Assembly (NCBI GenBank): GCA_035493615.1
Contig: DATJHW010000097.1
Location: forward strand, 1 to 63,660
Origin: Candidatus Saccharimonadales bacterium
GTDB lineage: Bacteria; Chloroflexota; Limnocylindria; P2-11E
Direction: 5' to 3'
Length of the DNA stretch: 63,660 nt
Positions within the stretch are counted from its first letter, which is position 1. Every line of letters begins with the position of its first letter. The notes beneath the pieces were generated by a model. The model did not search any database, was not told where the DNA came from, and saw nothing but the letters and a program-made list of their open reading frames with translations. A program made the translations under genes and the position numbers. Positions 63,173-63,660 of the stretch are shown piece by piece.

Positions 63173-63660
63173 TTAGCCCCAGCTGTGCTCGTCGCCCGTG
63201 TCCGGGCCGGTCGTGCCCTCGACGACCGCGTCGCCGCCGGTCGGGTGCTCCATCGCGCGCAGCTCGTCGGTCGGGATGACCTCGGTGCTCGCCACGGTGT
63301 TGATGCCGCTGTCGAACGGTGCGACGTCGTTGATCGCCCGGACGGACTCGGCGGTGCCGGCGTCGGCCATCTGGCTCGAAACCGACATGTCGCCAGCGAG
63401 CGAGCCGCCTCGGCCCGCGTTCATCGCCGCCTGGTTGTCGTTGATCACGATGTTGAGCGCGAACGGCTCGACATCGTTCACGGCGCGAGTGCCGCTGACG
63501 GTGGGGTCGGCGAGACCGCCGCGGCTGTCGAACGGCTCGCTGTCGTGGATCGCGCGGGTGCCGGACACGTCGCCGGTGCTTGCGGCCGCGCGGCTGTCGA
63601 ACGGCTCGCTGTCGTTGACCGCGCGGGTGCCGGACACGGTCGGGTCGGCCACGCCGCCCC
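63173..63660 (-). CDS. tandem-repeat protein of unknown function (C-terminal part; N-terminus beyond window)
   Basis: ORF 63173..63652 stays open to the window edge. The preceding codons GGV continue the repeat. Repeats of about 21-23 aa have the core SGTRA[VI][NH]D[SV]EPFDSR. Confidence 0.65.
   Translation of the reverse strand, partial: GGVADPTVSGTRAVNDSEPFDSRAAASTGDVSGTRAIHDSEPFDSRGGLADPTVSGTRAVNDVEPFALNIVINDNQAAMNAGRGGSLAGDMSVSSQMADAGTAESVRAINDVAPFDSGINTVASTEVIPTDELRAMEHPTGGDAVVEGTTGPDTGDEHSWG
63305..63660 (-). repeat. in-frame tandem repeats, period about 63-69 nt, at least 4 copies, truncated by window end
   Basis: On the plus strand ctgtcgaacggctcgctgtcgt[gt]ga[tc]cgcgcgggtgccggacacg recurs nearly identically at about 63526 and about 63592. 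More diverged copies lie at about 63460 and about 63311. Confidence 0.65.

Noticed and set aside
59172-63660. Slightly lower-GC block (about 63% in sampled lines against about 70%) as a horizontally acquired island
   Set aside because: No integrase, transposase, tRNA target or flanking direct repeats are visible. The difference is modest and was estimated by hand from a few lines only.
1-63660. Search for tRNA/rRNA genes, CRISPR repeats, IS elements or prophage genes
   Set aside because: No T-loop/anticodon-arm-like structures were seen in intergenic gaps. There are no regularly spaced short direct repeats outside the coding tandem repeat at 63.3-63.7 kb. No transposase, integrase or phage structural motifs appear in any frame of the ORF track.

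Overview
High-GC (about 70%) bacterial chromosomal segment, almost fully coding, with about 70 CDS. Many are joined by 4-nt stop/start overlaps (ATGA/GTGA). By eye I found no rRNA, tRNA, CRISPR array, transposase or integrase. The lineage cannot be fixed from this window; F420 genes, anmK/murQ and the GC content fit an Actinomycetota- or Chloroflexota-like organism.

Layout:
- 1-3.2 kb (minus): housekeeping block glyA-rpiB-tsaC-mmcQ-prmC.
- 3.2-12.9 kb (plus): threonine dehydratase, YjbQ, TldD/PmbA plus two unknown genes, uppP, SDR, NaPRT-like, TauE.
- 13.0-16.2 kb: MBL hydrolase coupled to a tri-domain acyl-AMP ligase/carrier/PlsC-acyltransferase fusion.
- 16.2-34.9 kb: mixed metabolism. Includes an asparaginase, a LipJ-like hydrolase-cyclase, an alcohol-oxidase/FadD/ACAD cluster, MenG/UbiE, a PIG-L deacetylase, an S9 peptidase, a Moco oxidoreductase and YceI.
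- 34.9-45.7 kb: MarR-headed amino-sugar/peptidoglycan recycling operon (2x GH3, serine hydrolase, anmK, GlcNAc kinase, murQ, ChbG, GHL10), followed by an XRE regulator and a convergent SIS deaminase.
- 45.8-50.3 kb: NERD protein, an OmpR/HK pair, two GNATs and a zinc-ribbon protein.
- 50.3-59.2 kb: F420-centred block with cofE, a PPOX-type gene and three LLM oxidoreductases, plus an aminotransferase-LLM-amidohydrolase-proline-racemase-family-AhpD-like operon.
- 59.2-63.7 kb: Cache-type histidine kinase, S41 peptidase, Crp/Fnr regulator and a tandem-repeat protein cut by the window edge.

Most notable observations:
1. An AhpD/CMD-family gene is interrupted only by an in-frame TGA, exactly at the second active-site cysteine (CxxC -> CxxU). 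An fdhF-like hairpin follows it, so this is a candidate selenoprotein.
2. Four genes have conserved N-termini but no canonical start codon where one is needed. All four sit in NTGA/NTAG 4-nt stop/start overlap geometry (CTGA x2, ATAG, GTAG).
3. An F420-linked operon may be a variant hydroxyproline / cyclic-imine catabolic route.
4. A TldD/PmbA operon extends into two uncharacterised genes.
5. The lipid-handling tri-domain fusion is translationally coupled to an MBL hydrolase.
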